Assembly (NCBI GenBank): GCA_018302705.1
Contig: JAGVZI010000012.1
Span: 332-64,331 of the forward strand
Direction: 5' to 3'
Source of the DNA: Candidatus Woesearchaeota archaeon
GTDB lineage: Archaea > Nanobdellota > Nanobdellia > SCGC-AAA011-G17 > ARS1403
DNA length: 64,000 bases
Below are positions 19,381-29,336 of this stretch, piece after piece. Under the pieces are notes generated by a model. That model was not told the origin of the DNA. It worked only from the letters and a program-made list of their open reading frames with translations, and did no database searches. The position numbers were made by a program, and so were the translations under genes. Within the stretch, counting starts at the first letter, position 1. The number at the start of each line of letters is the position of its first letter.

Positions 19381-20661
19381 ATGATTAAAATAGGGATAAT
19401 TGGCGGGAGCGGTTTAGATAATCCAGAGCTTTTACAAGACTTTAAAGAAATTGAAGTCGATACAAAATATGGAAAGCCAAGCGATAAGTTAACAGTAGGT
19501 AAATTGGGAAATGCAGAAGTTGTCATCCTGCCAAGACATGGAAAGGGACACAAAATAACGCCGACAGGAGTTAATTACCGAGCCAATATACAAGCATTAA
19601 AAGATCAAAACGTAGATTATATTCTAGCAACAACAGCTTGTGGAAGCTTAAGAGAGGAAATTGGAAGAGGAGATTTTGTTATTCTTGATCAATTTATAGA
19701 TTTTACAAAACACAGAAAAATAAGTTTTCATGAGGATTTCAAAGATGGAATAAAGCACACTTCAATGGCAGCTCCTTTCGATGAAAAATTAAGAAAGATT
19801 TTAATTGAAATTTCTAAACAGCTAGGATTCAAAACACATGAAAAAGGGACAGTCATAACAATTGAAGGTCCAAGATTTTCAACAAGGGCAGAATCTCACA
19901 TGTTTAGGTCTTGGGGTGCAGATGTAATAAATATGTCAATAGCACCAGAATGTATCTTGGCGAATGAACTAAGTATTCCGTATGCAGCAATTGCAATGGT
20001 GACTGACTATGATTCATTTCTAGATGATCTCCCGCCTGTTACTTGGGAAGAAGTATTAAAAGTGTTCAATGAGAATGCTGAAAATGTAAAGAGATTATTA
20101 ATTGAAGCAATAAAAATATTAGGAGAAGAAAAATTTGATTTAAAACAGCACATCAGGACAGTCCCGCATTGGCCAAAACAAGGGGTAATGTTTAGGGATG
20201 TTACAACATTGTTGCAAGAGCCTAAGGCATTCAGTCACGTTATAGAAACTTTTTCTGAAAGATATAAAAATAAGAAAATAGACAAAGTTGTTGGCATAGA
20301 ATCTCGTGGTTTTATCTTCGGGTCGGCACTTGCGCATAAACTCAACCTCCCATTTATTCCAGTAAGAAAACCAAATAAACTTCCAGCTGAAACAGTATCT
20401 GAGGAATATGAATTAGAATATGGAAAAGACAAAGTTGAAATTCACAAAGATGCAATTAACGAAGGGGATAAAGTTTTGATTATAGACGACTTAATTGCAA
20501 CAGGAGGGACGGTGTTAGCAACTTGTAACTTGATCAAAAAGCTGCACGGAGAAGTTATTGAGTGTGGATTTATTATTGATTTGCCTGACCTAGGTGGAAA
20601 AAAGAAATTGCAAGAAGCTGGCTATAAGGTCTTTAATTTAGTAGAATTTGAAGGCGAATAA
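19381..20661 (+). CDS. Fusion of 5'-methylthioadenosine/purine nucleoside phosphorylase (N-terminal) and adenine phosphoribosyltransferase (C-terminal)
   Basis: MIKIGIIGGSGL...HMFRSWGADVINMS (PNP/MTAP family) then VVGIESRGFIFG...VLIIDDLIATGGT (PRTase type I). Confidence 0.8.
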   Translation: MIKIGIIGGSGLDNPELLQDFKEIEVDTKYGKPSDKLTVGKLGNAEVVILPRHGKGHKITPTGVNYRANIQALKDQNVDYILATTACGSLREEIGRGDFVILDQFIDFTKHRKISFHEDFKDGIKHTSMAAPFDEKLRKILIEISKQLGFKTHEKGTVITIEGPRFSTRAESHMFRSWGADVINMSIAPECILANELSIPYAAIAMVTDYDSFLDDLPPVTWEEVLKVFNENAENVKRLLIEAIKILGEEKFDLKQHIRTVPHWPKQGVMFRDVTTLLQEPKAFSHVIETFSERYKNKKIDKVVGIESRGFIFGSALAHKLNLPFIPVRKPNKLPAETVSEEYELEYGKDKVEIHKDAINEGDKVLIIDDLIATGGTVLATCNLIKKLHGEVIECGFIIDLPDLGGKKKLQEAGYKVFNLVEFEGE

Positions 20662-20698
20662 CAATCTTTTTAAAATCACTTTCTCATATTCTTCTTAT

Positions 20699-20793
20699 AG
20701 TCCCGTGGTGTAGCGGTCAAATTGATAAAAAATCAAGACTATGCATAGAGGCCTTTGGAGCCTTTGACGGAGGTTCGAATCCTCCCGGGACTA
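20699..20793 (+). tRNA. tRNA-Gln (anticodon UUG inferred), 95 nt, with an apparent ~22-nt intron at the D-loop/D-stem junction
   Basis: Acceptor AGTCCCG/CGGGACT, T-arm GGAGG-TTCGAAT-CCTCC, anticodon arm GAGGC-CTTTGGA-GCCTT, D-arm GTGT...GCAT split by ATTGATAAAAAATCAAGACTAT. Confidence 0.55.
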
Positions 20794-20810
20794 TTTATGG
20801 AAATAAAAAT

Positions 20811-21212
20811 ATGAAGTCTATTACTCAGAAACATTCAATGGGGTGCGGGATTGCTTGTGTGGCTTATATTGCAAGAAAAAAGTATGATGAGGTTTTAGAC
20901 CTTTTCGAAAAAGGATATGCCGAGACAAGAGGATACTATTGTAGAGATCTGGTAAATGCGCTCGATATGTTGGGATTAAAATATAGTTACAAAAAAGCTA
21001 CTGAAAAAAACAAAAGTTTAGTAAGGAAAGATGAGTCTATTATATTTATTAGGCGCTCCTCCAAGTATCCTGAGGGGCATTACATTGTTAAGACTAAAAT
21101 TGGCTGGATGAATCCATGGGTAAATTTTCCAGAATCAAATCCAATAAAATCAGGATTTAACAAAAGATTACATGGTCAGGCTCAATGGGTTTTATACAAA
21201 GGTAAAAAATGA
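20811..21212 (+). CDS. Papain-fold cysteine peptidase-like protein (C39-like)
   Basis: QKHSMGCGIACVAYI (Gln-Cys catalytic signature) and downstream GHYIV histidine. Confidence 0.4.
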   Translation: MKSITQKHSMGCGIACVAYIARKKYDEVLDLFEKGYAETRGYYCRDLVNALDMLGLKYSYKKATEKNKSLVRKDESIIFIRRSSKYPEGHYIVKTKIGWMNPWVNFPESNPIKSGFNKRLHGQAQWVLYKGKK

Positions 21213-21763
21213 ACAAGAAACATTTCATGTCAATCTTTATTGCATCTATTATGATACTTAGTGTTTTAGGAATTGCAATACAATATACTACTGGTAACTC
21301 TGAAAATATAAAGTTTCGAGGTCAGAAATTTAGTCCATATCAAGGGGGCTGGATAACATACAAGGATAATAAGCAGATAATAATCCCAACGCAGCCAGAT
21401 CTGCTCCAGTATCAGCAAGTTCCAGATATTGCTTTTGAAGATTTGAATAAGGCAGGTAAGATTTATTTTACCTCGAATCCAGATAATCAGCTTCCGCAGC
21501 AAGCGCTGTTTTCAATTCAGAATAACCTCTTTCCATACTTAAACAATGTTATAGTTGCTTGCATTGAAGACTCCCCAACATGCGCCAATCTCCCATTAAA
21601 AACATGCAGAGATGCATCTCAAGCAACGATAGTTATTCAAGCTCAAATAGATAAAACTCAAGAAACATCTTTCAATGACAACTGCCTTTTAATAAAGGGG
21701 CCAATGCAATTAATAACGCAGCAAGTTGATGCTTTAATACTAAATTTACACGGGATAAAATAA
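21209..21763 (+). CDS. Signal-anchored secreted/membrane protein (hypothetical)
   Basis: N-terminal hydrophobic helix FMSIFIASIMILSVLGIAI, then a soluble domain. Confidence 0.4.
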   Translation: MNKKHFMSIFIASIMILSVLGIAIQYTTGNSENIKFRGQKFSPYQGGWITYKDNKQIIIPTQPDLLQYQQVPDIAFEDLNKAGKIYFTSNPDNQLPQQALFSIQNNLFPYLNNVIVACIEDSPTCANLPLKTCRDASQATIVIQAQIDKTQETSFNDNCLLIKGPMQLITQQVDALILNLHGIK

Positions 21764-21766
21764 AAA

Positions 21767-22339
21767 ATGGAAGAAAGGACTTTGATGATTATAATTGCAG
21801 TAGTGTTAGTATTAGCAGCTCTATCTCCATTAGTCATAATAAAGAATCCAAATAAATATGATTACAACGATTTCAAAATAGAAAAAACCTCAACAGGATG
21901 GATGACATGGGCATATAAAGGCGAACAGCCGTATCAATTGCAGTTAAGGCATGATCCTAAGACCTTGGAAGATATCCTAGTGGATTCTGAGATCAGAGAA
22001 TTGGTTTTGTCAAAGCCGACGTTGGCAACAACTGTAGACCCAAATCTGACATCAAGGGCAGTTCTTGGAGCTATTGATATAGCAAACATTCTCGGAAGAA
22101 GATTGGGATTATATGGAATCCAAGTCATAGGTGCTACAACGGAGTTTGCAAACAACGGTACTTATGTTATCAATTGTAGCGATGTCCAGGAAAATTTGAA
22201 TGTAGCAGTTTTGAAATTAGGAGAAGAAACAAAAGTCTATTTGGAAGATAGCTGCATTATTTTGCAAGGCGAGACAGAAGAAGACATTAACCGGGCAGCA
22301 GATCGTTTTATTTACCATATATTAACTGTCATGCCTTAG
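21767..22339 (+). CDS. Signal-anchored secreted/membrane protein (hypothetical; same architecture as the upstream gene)
   Basis: N-terminal TM MIIIAVVLVLAALSPLVII. Confidence 0.4.
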   Translation: MEERTLMIIIAVVLVLAALSPLVIIKNPNKYDYNDFKIEKTSTGWMTWAYKGEQPYQLQLRHDPKTLEDILVDSEIRELVLSKPTLATTVDPNLTSRAVLGAIDIANILGRRLGLYGIQVIGATTEFANNGTYVINCSDVQENLNVAVLKLGEETKVYLEDSCIILQGETEEDINRAADRFIYHILTVMP

Positions 22340-23116
22340 ATATTCAATCCCCTTTTCAAAAGGTGTAGGGTTAAATCCGAAATCTTTTTTTATCTCATTA
22401 ATGTTGCAAGTTTTATCCTGCAGCAAATTTTTATCAATAAATCTAACAGCGAAATTTGGAATATTTATTCTGATCGCTTTCTTTGATAAGGCTCTGCATA
22501 TTTTGTCGACGATTTCATTAAAGCTCAAAATCTCACCGCCAACGAAGTAAGTTTTATTCTTTTCTTTGGATTTTATTATATTAGCTATTAAATCTACGAG
22601 GTCCCCAACGAATAATGGCTGTAGCTTCATATCTCCGTTTCCAGGAATAACCGCAATGGAATATTTCTTAATCATCTTTATAAGCATTTCAAGGTCTTTA
22701 TTGTTTCCCCGGCCATAGATAACCGTTGGTCTTAATATAGTATAATTTAATCCTGAATCTCGGACATAGTTTTCAGCAGATTTTTTGGATCTCCCATATC
22801 TTGTTTCTAAGATGGCATCATACGAGCTGATAAAAATGAATTTTTTAACATTGTTTACTACGCAGGCCTCAATCAGGTTTTTGGTTCCAAGAGAGTTTAC
22901 TTCCATGACATTGCCTTTAGTAATTCCTGCAAGGTGGACAACGACGTCAACTTTGCTTGCTTCCAGCAATAGGTCTTTATCAAATAAGTCTCCAAGGTAA
23001 ACATTTTTTCTATCAAATTTTTTCCTGCTCAATATTCTCACATCATAACCTTTATCGAGTACATTAAGGAGATTCCTACCAACAAATCCGGTAGCGCCAG
23101 TAATTAAGATTTTCAT
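22322..23116 (-). CDS. NAD-dependent epimerase/dehydratase (short SDR)
   Basis: MKILITGATGFVGRNLL Rossmann GxxGxxG. Confidence 0.75.
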   Translation of the reverse strand: MKILITGATGFVGRNLLNVLDKGYDVRILSRKKFDRKNVYLGDLFDKDLLLEASKVDVVVHLAGITKGNVMEVNSLGTKNLIEACVVNNVKKFIFISSYDAILETRYGRSKKSAENYVRDSGLNYTILRPTVIYGRGNNKDLEMLIKMIKKYSIAVIPGNGDMKLQPLFVGDLVDLIANIIKSKEKNKTYFVGGEILSFNEIVDKICRALSKKAIRINIPNFAVRFIDKNLLQDKTCNINEIKKDFGFNPTPFEKGIEYLRHDS

Positions 23117-24420
23117 GTGAAAAAAGTTTTTGTGAAATATTTATAAAAATATCTGGGTCTTAAATAATAGCCAACAAGGGCTTTCTGCTGGTATCTCATT
23201 ATTTTTTCCTCGCTTAAGTTGGGGTGATCAAATATTACATGGAAATTGTCATATAGGTCATAATTCTCTGTTTTTATCCTGTCTTTTATCGCATCATAAA
23301 ATTCAGTTCCTGGAATGGGGGTGCCTATTGTGAAGTTGGCAAAATCAGTATTTAACTTTTTAGAATATTTTAAAGTAGCCTTGATAGTTTCTTCAGTGTC
23401 ATTCTCCAAACCGATTACATAGAATCCGACAACCTTCATTCCAATCTTGTCGCAATGCCTAATCATTTTTTCCTGATGCTCTAAAGCTATAGGAAGCCTT
23501 TTACTTTTCCTTAAAACTTCAAGGTCAGCAGATTCAATCCCAACCTTTATAACGCGAAATCCAGCTTTATACATCAAGTCCAATAAATTTTCATCAACCC
23601 TGTCAAGTCTTGTCTCGCAACCTAGCTCGATATCTATTTTTTCTTTAATTATTTGATTGCATAACTCTTCAGTCCTTTTCCTTATCAGAGTAAACATTGG
23701 GTCTCTAAACTGGGCGCCTTTAACATTAAATTTCTCTTTAAGATACTTCAGCTCCCCCATCACATTCTCCACGCTTCTCATCCTGTATTTGCTTCCTAAG
23801 TTAGATTCAGAAATATAAGGACAGTAATTGCATCCGTAAGTGCATCCCCTGCTAGACAAAATAAAAGTAAATGGTTTCTTTGTAATTATTGGCTCGTAAG
23901 AGAATTTCTCAATTGGAAAAAGATCCCAGTCAGGATAAGGTAGGCCATCTAGGTTAGAAACAGGAGAGCTAATTAATCCTTTAGGAATATCCCTTTTATC
24001 TATTATCCTTCCAAGTACGGTTTCGACATCACCCTTTATAATAAATTCCGCTTCCCCAAAAAGTTCAGGTTTCATTGCAGGAAAAGGTCCAACCATTCCA
24101 ACCTTGATTCCTTTCTCTTTCAGATTTTTTAAAGCTATTAATTCATTGCTATGATTTGGCATGCTACCGTGCATTACAACCAGGTCAGCATCATCAACAG
24201 AATTAGAAATAGAAACATCATGCCCGTTTTCTTTCATTATAGTCGCACCATATGCATATGGTATATATGGAAAATATTCTCTATTAGTTCTCAAACCAGT
24301 CAATAATCTTGCAAAAAACCCCCTACCAGCATTGAAGCTTGTTCCATATCCTCCATTGTAGTCTCTATAAATCTTTTTGTCAGATTTAACATCCAAAAAT
24401 ACAACTTTCATACATAGCAA
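23113..24420 (-). CDS. B12-binding radical SAM protein
   Basis: N-terminal B12-binding module; SSRGCTYGCNYCPY (CxxxCxxC). Confidence 0.8.
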   Translation of the reverse strand: MLCMKVVFLDVKSDKKIYRDYNGGYGTSFNAGRGFFARLLTGLRTNREYFPYIPYAYGATIMKENGHDVSISNSVDDADLVVMHGSMPNHSNELIALKNLKEKGIKVGMVGPFPAMKPELFGEAEFIIKGDVETVLGRIIDKRDIPKGLISSPVSNLDGLPYPDWDLFPIEKFSYEPIITKKPFTFILSSRGCTYGCNYCPYISESNLGSKYRMRSVENVMGELKYLKEKFNVKGAQFRDPMFTLIRKRTEELCNQIIKEKIDIELGCETRLDRVDENLLDLMYKAGFRVIKVGIESADLEVLRKSKRLPIALEHQEKMIRHCDKIGMKVVGFYVIGLENDTEETIKATLKYSKKLNTDFANFTIGTPIPGTEFYDAIKDRIKTENYDLYDNFHVIFDHPNLSEEKIMRYQQKALVGYYLRPRYFYKYFTKTFFT

Positions 24421-24463
24421 AAAATTTAATTATCTTTTTAAGTCTTTTTAACATTGGAGATAT

Positions 24464-25010
24464 ATGCAACAGAAGATACTGGTGGGGTGCCCAACCTCAT
24501 TCCACAAAGAATACTGCTTGAAAGAATATGCTGAGGCAATTAATAAATTAACATATAAAAATCATGATGTTCTTTTAGTAGACAATTCTCCAGAAGGGGA
24601 TTATTCTGTAAAAATTAATGGGTTAGGTATGCCGACGGTAAAAGGCCCATATTTTGAGTCGGCAAGAGACTGCAAACAATATTATCCCGGGAGAGGTCTC
24701 TTCTAAATTAATTCCTTTAGTTTATGTTTTAGAGGATCAAAAAACAATTTCAATGAGGTCGTTAAATGAAGATGAGCTATGGAAAAATCAAGGTTTAATG
24801 CAGGTCATTTCAGCAGGACTCGGATGCATTCTTATCCACAAAAATATTTTAAAAAAAATTAAATTTCGATACGAACTGAATACATTTGATGACCGTTGGT
24901 TCTTCATGGATTTATACAATAAGAAGATTCCAGTATATGCAGATACTTCGATAAAATGCAAACATTTAATTTACAATCGGCCTTACCCATGGAGCAAGAT
25001 TAAAAAATGA
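24464..25010 (+). pseudogene. Degenerate, frameshifted member of the GT-A-like paralog family
   Basis: The N-terminus KILVGCPTSFHKEYCLKEY...LLVDNS and the C-terminus SAGLGCILIHKNIL...YADTSIKCKHLI are in different frames (ORFs 24464-24706 and 24654-25010); the middle has diverged. Confidence 0.55.
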
Positions 25011-25693
25011 AAAAGATTTTAGTAGGCTGCCCGACATCAAGCTATCATGAATATGCTTTGGAAGAATATGCAAGAGCAGTAAAGTCATTAACTTATCCTA
25101 ACTATGATATCTTATTAGTCGACAATTCTAAAGATGATTTGTATTTTAAAAAATTAAAGTTATTAAATTTGCCGACGATAAAAGGCCGATGGCATGAAGA
25201 AGCGAGAGAGAGAATTGTGGAGTCAAGAAATATCCTAAGGCAGAAAGTTATCGACGATGATTATGATTATTTTCTCTCATTGGAGCAGGATGTTATCCCC
25301 CCAAAAGATATAATAGAAAGGTTGTTGCAGCACAAGAAGCGCGTTATAAATGGAGTTTATTTCAATTATATAAATGCAAAGGAAGGAACAAGACTGGCTC
25401 CTGTAATATGGACAAAAGTAAATATGAAGAAAGAAGAAAGATATTTCCTGCATCCATCACAATTAAATAAAGGGCTGATGAAGATAGCCATTTCTGGAGT
25501 TGGCTGTATCTTGATACACAGATCGGTTTTGGAAAAAATAAAGTTCAGATATGAAAAACAATATCCATCATTCGATGATATCTTCTTCGGGTTGGATTGC
25601 AAGGAAAATAATATAGGCATTTATGCAGATACAAACATCGTTTGCAAGCATTTAATCAAAAACAGGCCTTGGAGCTGGAAAAATCTAAAATAA
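25007..25693 (+). CDS. GT-A-fold glycosyltransferase-like protein (paralog family, copy 2)
   Basis: KILVGCPTS...LLVDNS, LEQDVIPP (DxD-like), GVGCILIHRSVLEKIKFRY, DDIFFGLD, YADTNIVCKHLIKNRPWSW. Confidence 0.6.
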   Translation: MKKILVGCPTSSYHEYALEEYARAVKSLTYPNYDILLVDNSKDDLYFKKLKLLNLPTIKGRWHEEARERIVESRNILRQKVIDDDYDYFLSLEQDVIPPKDIIERLLQHKKRVINGVYFNYINAKEGTRLAPVIWTKVNMKKEERYFLHPSQLNKGLMKIAISGVGCILIHRSVLEKIKFRYEKQYPSFDDIFFGLDCKENNIGIYADTNIVCKHLIKNRPWSWKNLK

Positions 25694-25697
25694 AAAA

Positions 25698-26468
25698 ATG
25701 AAAAAAATTCTCGTCGGCAGTCCAGTAAATGAAATGTACGAATATTGCATTAAAGAATATACGGATGCAATCACATCCTTATCATATAAAAATTATGATA
25801 TCCTGCTAGTCGACAATTCAAAAACAGATGCATTCTATAAAAAATTAAAATCGATGAAAATAAAGGTAATTCGAGGGAAATACTTTGAAGAGCCAAGGGA
25901 TAGAATGATAGACGGCAGGAATATCCTAAGAGAGAAAGCAATAAATGAAAACTATGATTTTTTCATGAATATCGATCAGGACGTCATTCCTCCAAGAGAT
26001 ATAATCGAGCGCTTTTTGCAGCATAAGAAGCGCGTTATAACTGGCATTTACTTCAACTACAGGAAATTCACCCCGAGAAAATTAGGTTCAAAAGAAGGAG
26101 AAAGATACGGGGGTCTATTCCCCACTGTCTGGAGATTTACAAACAAAAAAGATGTAATTAGGCAGTTAAGGGAAGATGAATTAACCGGGCAGTTAGTTCA
26201 AATAGCTTCATCTGGTTCAGGCTGTTTGTTTATCCACAATTCAGTTCTAAAAAAAATAAATTTTCATTATTCAAAAGATAATGATAAACCTGAGAAAAAT
26301 TACTTTGTTTTTGATGACGCTTATTTCTGCAAAGACTTGATGGAATTAAAAATACCGGTATATGCAGACACATCAATGATATGCAGGCACTTAATAAAGG
26401 AGAAGGGTTGGACATGGTCAGATTATTATTCCAAAAATCAGAATAGAAAACAGAACAATAATATTTAA
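25698..26468 (+). CDS. GT-A-fold glycosyltransferase-like protein (paralog family, copy 3)
   Basis: Same conserved blocks: KILVGSPV, LLVDNSK, IDQDVIPP, GSGCLFIHNSVLKKINFHY, YADTSMICRHLIKEKGW. Confidence 0.6.
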   Translation: MKKILVGSPVNEMYEYCIKEYTDAITSLSYKNYDILLVDNSKTDAFYKKLKSMKIKVIRGKYFEEPRDRMIDGRNILREKAINENYDFFMNIDQDVIPPRDIIERFLQHKKRVITGIYFNYRKFTPRKLGSKEGERYGGLFPTVWRFTNKKDVIRQLREDELTGQLVQIASSGSGCLFIHNSVLKKINFHYSKDNDKPEKNYFVFDDAYFCKDLMELKIPVYADTSMICRHLIKEKGWTWSDYYSKNQNRKQNNNI

Positions 26469-26493
26469 ATACCTAATTCTCTTACTAAATAAT

Positions 26494-26748
26494 ATGCCAA
26501 AAGAAATACTAGTTGGAGAAGTAATTAGCTTTTACAGCCATATTGATGTAATAGCAATCCAGCTTTCAGCTCCGTTGAAAATAGGGGACAAAATTCATGT
26601 AAAAGGGGCTACAACAGACTTCACTCAGAAAGTAGATTCAATGCAAATAGAGCATAAAAAAGTTTTATCTGCAAAGAAAGGGGATTCTGTTGGAATTAAG
26701 ATAAAAGACAAGGCAAGAAAAAACGATAAGGTTTATAAAGCCGAATAA
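26494..26748 (+). CDS. Small beta-barrel protein (EF-Tu domain-2-like; hypothetical)
   Basis: 84 aa with alternating hydrophobic pattern and a GDKIHVKG motif. Confidence 0.3.
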   Translation: MPKEILVGEVISFYSHIDVIAIQLSAPLKIGDKIHVKGATTDFTQKVDSMQIEHKKVLSAKKGDSVGIKIKDKARKNDKVYKAE

Positions 26749-26838
26749 TCGCAGTCTTTTCAAGATAGGTCAGTGAAAGCTTGCCTATGCTGGATGTTTT
26801 CTGGTTTTGGTAAAGCTTTTTTTAAAAAATAAAGTAAA

Positions 26839-27294
26839 ATGGCAAGAATGCATTCAAGAAAGAAGGGTAAATCCTCAAGTAAAAAACCTTTAACTACTAG
26901 CAAGATTACCTGGCAGAGGTATGATAAAAATGAAATAGTGCAATTAATAATCAAGTTGGCCAAATCGCAAAAATCGCCGTCTCAAATAGGCATAACATTA
27001 AGAGATTCATACGGGATTCCAAATATCTCACAATTAACAGGGAAATCAATAACGCAGATATTATCAGAGGAGAAGCTGCTTCCAAAGCTCCCTGAGGATT
27101 TGCTGAGCTTAATAAAGAGGTATGTAAAGATAACAAAGCATTTGCAGTTGAATAAAAAAGACCAGCCATCAAAGAGGGGATTGCAGTTGACAGAGTCAAA
27201 GATAAAAAGGCTGGCAAAATATTATAAAAAGGCAGATAAAATCCCGGAAGATTGGAGATTCTCAAGAGAGCAAGCATCTCTTTTAATTGAATGA
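26839..27294 (+). CDS. rps15: Ribosomal protein S15 (uS15, archaeal S13e type)
   Basis: MARMHSRKKGKSSSKKP N-terminus and a C-terminal helical S15 fold; a TATA-like tttttaaaaaataaa lies about 25 nt upstream (leaderless). Confidence 0.9.
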   Translation: MARMHSRKKGKSSSKKPLTTSKITWQRYDKNEIVQLIIKLAKSQKSPSQIGITLRDSYGIPNISQLTGKSITQILSEEKLLPKLPEDLLSLIKRYVKITKHLQLNKKDQPSKRGLQLTESKIKRLAKYYKKADKIPEDWRFSREQASLLIE

Positions 27295-28658
27295 TGATGC
27301 AGTTGTTTCTTGAAAAGATAAGGCAGGAAGCTGAAAAATTAAAAGCATCTGATAGTCCTATAAGGGTAGTTTCTCATTTGGATGCAGATGGGCTATCCTC
27401 AGCAGCAATATTAACCAAGGCTTTAAAGAGGCTAAATAAAAAATTTGCATTGACGATTGTAAAGCAGCTTTCTCCAAATATATTATCTCAATTCAAGGCC
27501 GAATCTTATGAAACCTTTTTATTTGTTGATCTAGGCTCGGGGAATCTCGAGGATATAAAGGGGGTTATAAATGTTAAAAAAATTATCATACTAGATCACC
27601 ATCAGCCGCAGCAGATTGAAAACTCTTTTATTCATTTAAACCCGATATCATTCGGATTAGATGGCAACAGAGATGTTTCAGGAGCAGGCCTGGCTTATTT
27701 ATTTGCAAAATCCCTCGATGAGAAAAACAAAGATCTAGCTCCGCTAGCTTTAGTTGGTGCAATTGGAGACAATCAGGAGGATAAAGGGTTCTCTGGAATT
27801 AACAATCTTATCTTGGAGGATGCAAAGCCATATTTGGAAATAATCACCGGATTGAGAATGTTCGGAACTCAAACGAAGCCATTATCAAAAATATTGCAGT
27901 ACTCAACAGACCCTTACATACCAGGCATAACAGGGGACGAGCAGGCATCAAGAGAATTTTTACAAGAGCTAAATTTGGATCCGGAAAAAAAATTAATCCA
28001 TCTAGATCACGAGGAGATGAAAAAGCTAGTTACATTTATAATATTGCAGAGGCTTGGCTCGGAGGAAAACCCGGATGATGTCCTCGGCCCGATCTATCTC
28101 TTAAAATCAGAGCCGGAAGAATCGCCTACCAAGGATTTAAGGGAGTTCTCAACATTGTTGAATTCATGCGGCAGACTGAACAAGCCGTCATTGGGGATAG
28201 CAGCTTGCATGCAAGATAATAAGTTAAAACATGCAGCAATAAGTCTTTTGAATGAATATAAAAGGGAATTGATAGCATCATTAAACTGGTTTTACAATAG
28301 CAAGGAGAAAATAACAGAGCTAGAGGGATTGGTTATAATAAATGCAGAGGACAATGTAAAAGATACAATAATAGGGACTTTAACTTCAATGATAGCAAAA
28401 TCCAACCTCTATCAAGAGAACACCATCCTGATTTCATTAGCACATTCATTAGATGAAAATACAAAGATATCAATCCGCTGCTCAGGCTATAAAAACTCAG
28501 GTATTAATTTAAAAGAGGTCTTGAATTCAATAACCTCAAAGCTAGGGTGTCAGGCAGGCGGGCATAGAAATGCAGCAGGCGCTTTAATACCTCAGGAAAA
28601 AGAAGAGGAGTTTATCGAGCTGGCAAAGACCTTAAATGGGAAAACAATAATTTTATAA
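27291..28658 (+). CDS. DHH-family phosphoesterase (archaeal RecJ/GAN/Cdc45-like)
   Basis: VVSHLDADGLSSAAIL (DHH motif I), LDHHQP, and GGHRNAAG near the C-terminus. Confidence 0.75.
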   Translation: MMMQLFLEKIRQEAEKLKASDSPIRVVSHLDADGLSSAAILTKALKRLNKKFALTIVKQLSPNILSQFKAESYETFLFVDLGSGNLEDIKGVINVKKIIILDHHQPQQIENSFIHLNPISFGLDGNRDVSGAGLAYLFAKSLDEKNKDLAPLALVGAIGDNQEDKGFSGINNLILEDAKPYLEIITGLRMFGTQTKPLSKILQYSTDPYIPGITGDEQASREFLQELNLDPEKKLIHLDHEEMKKLVTFIILQRLGSEENPDDVLGPIYLLKSEPEESPTKDLREFSTLLNSCGRLNKPSLGIAACMQDNKLKHAAISLLNEYKRELIASLNWFYNSKEKITELEGLVIINAEDNVKDTIIGTLTSMIAKSNLYQENTILISLAHSLDENTKISIRCSGYKNSGINLKEVLNSITSKLGCQAGGHRNAAGALIPQEKEEEFIELAKTLNGKTIIL

Positions 28659-28682
28659 ACAAATTTTAGGCTTTAAAAAGGA

Positions 28683-29243
28683 ATGGCAAAGCAGGAAATA
28701 AAAGGAAAGAAAAAGCATTGGTATTCAATACTGCCGACATCAAATTTCAGAATACAGGAGATAGGCGAGACATTAACAGCAGATCCTTCCAGATTAATTG
28801 GAAAAACAGTTGCAGTGAATGGAATGGACCTAATGCGCGACCCAAAAAAGCAGAATATAAAGGTAACCTTCAGGATAACAGAGATTAAAGATAATAAGGC
28901 ATTGACAGAGATCAAGTCTTATCAAGTCCTGCCAAGCTCGATTAAAAGAATGGCGCATCAGGAAAAAGACAAGATAGATCATAGTTTTAAACTCGAAACA
29001 AAAGATAATATTGCAGTAGTAGCAAAGCCGGTCATTATCACAAGGGCAAAAACATCCCGGGCTGTTTTATCAAAAATAAGAAGGAACTCAGAGGAATTTT
29101 TAAGAGCAGCAATTAAAAGGCAGAGTTACCAAGAAGCAATTAATTCTTTATTGGAAGCAAAGCTGCAATCGCAATTGCGGGAGCATTTAAAAAAAATATA
29201 CCCGATTGCGGTCTGCCATATCAGAATATTCGAGAAGAGATAA
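28683..29243 (+). CDS. rps3ae: Ribosomal protein S3Ae (eS1)
   Basis: MAKQEIKGKKKHWYSILPTSNFRIQEIGETL is a typical S3Ae N-terminus. Confidence 0.9.
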   Translation: MAKQEIKGKKKHWYSILPTSNFRIQEIGETLTADPSRLIGKTVAVNGMDLMRDPKKQNIKVTFRITEIKDNKALTEIKSYQVLPSSIKRMAHQEKDKIDHSFKLETKDNIAVVAKPVIITRAKTSRAVLSKIRRNSEEFLRAAIKRQSYQEAINSLLEAKLQSQLREHLKKIYPIAVCHIRIFEKR

Positions 29244-29336
29244 TTATTTTTAAAGTAAATAACATGTTATTTTTTTATTGCCTCAATTGTCCATATGGCA
29301 GTAAGATTTATATACTATTAAAAGTCTTACTCTCTT

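Noticed and set aside
26494-29243. S15 / DHH phosphoesterase / S3Ae block as part of the glycosylation system
   Set aside because: These are housekeeping information-processing genes. They appear to be merely flanked by the duplicated GT-A array rather than functionally linked.
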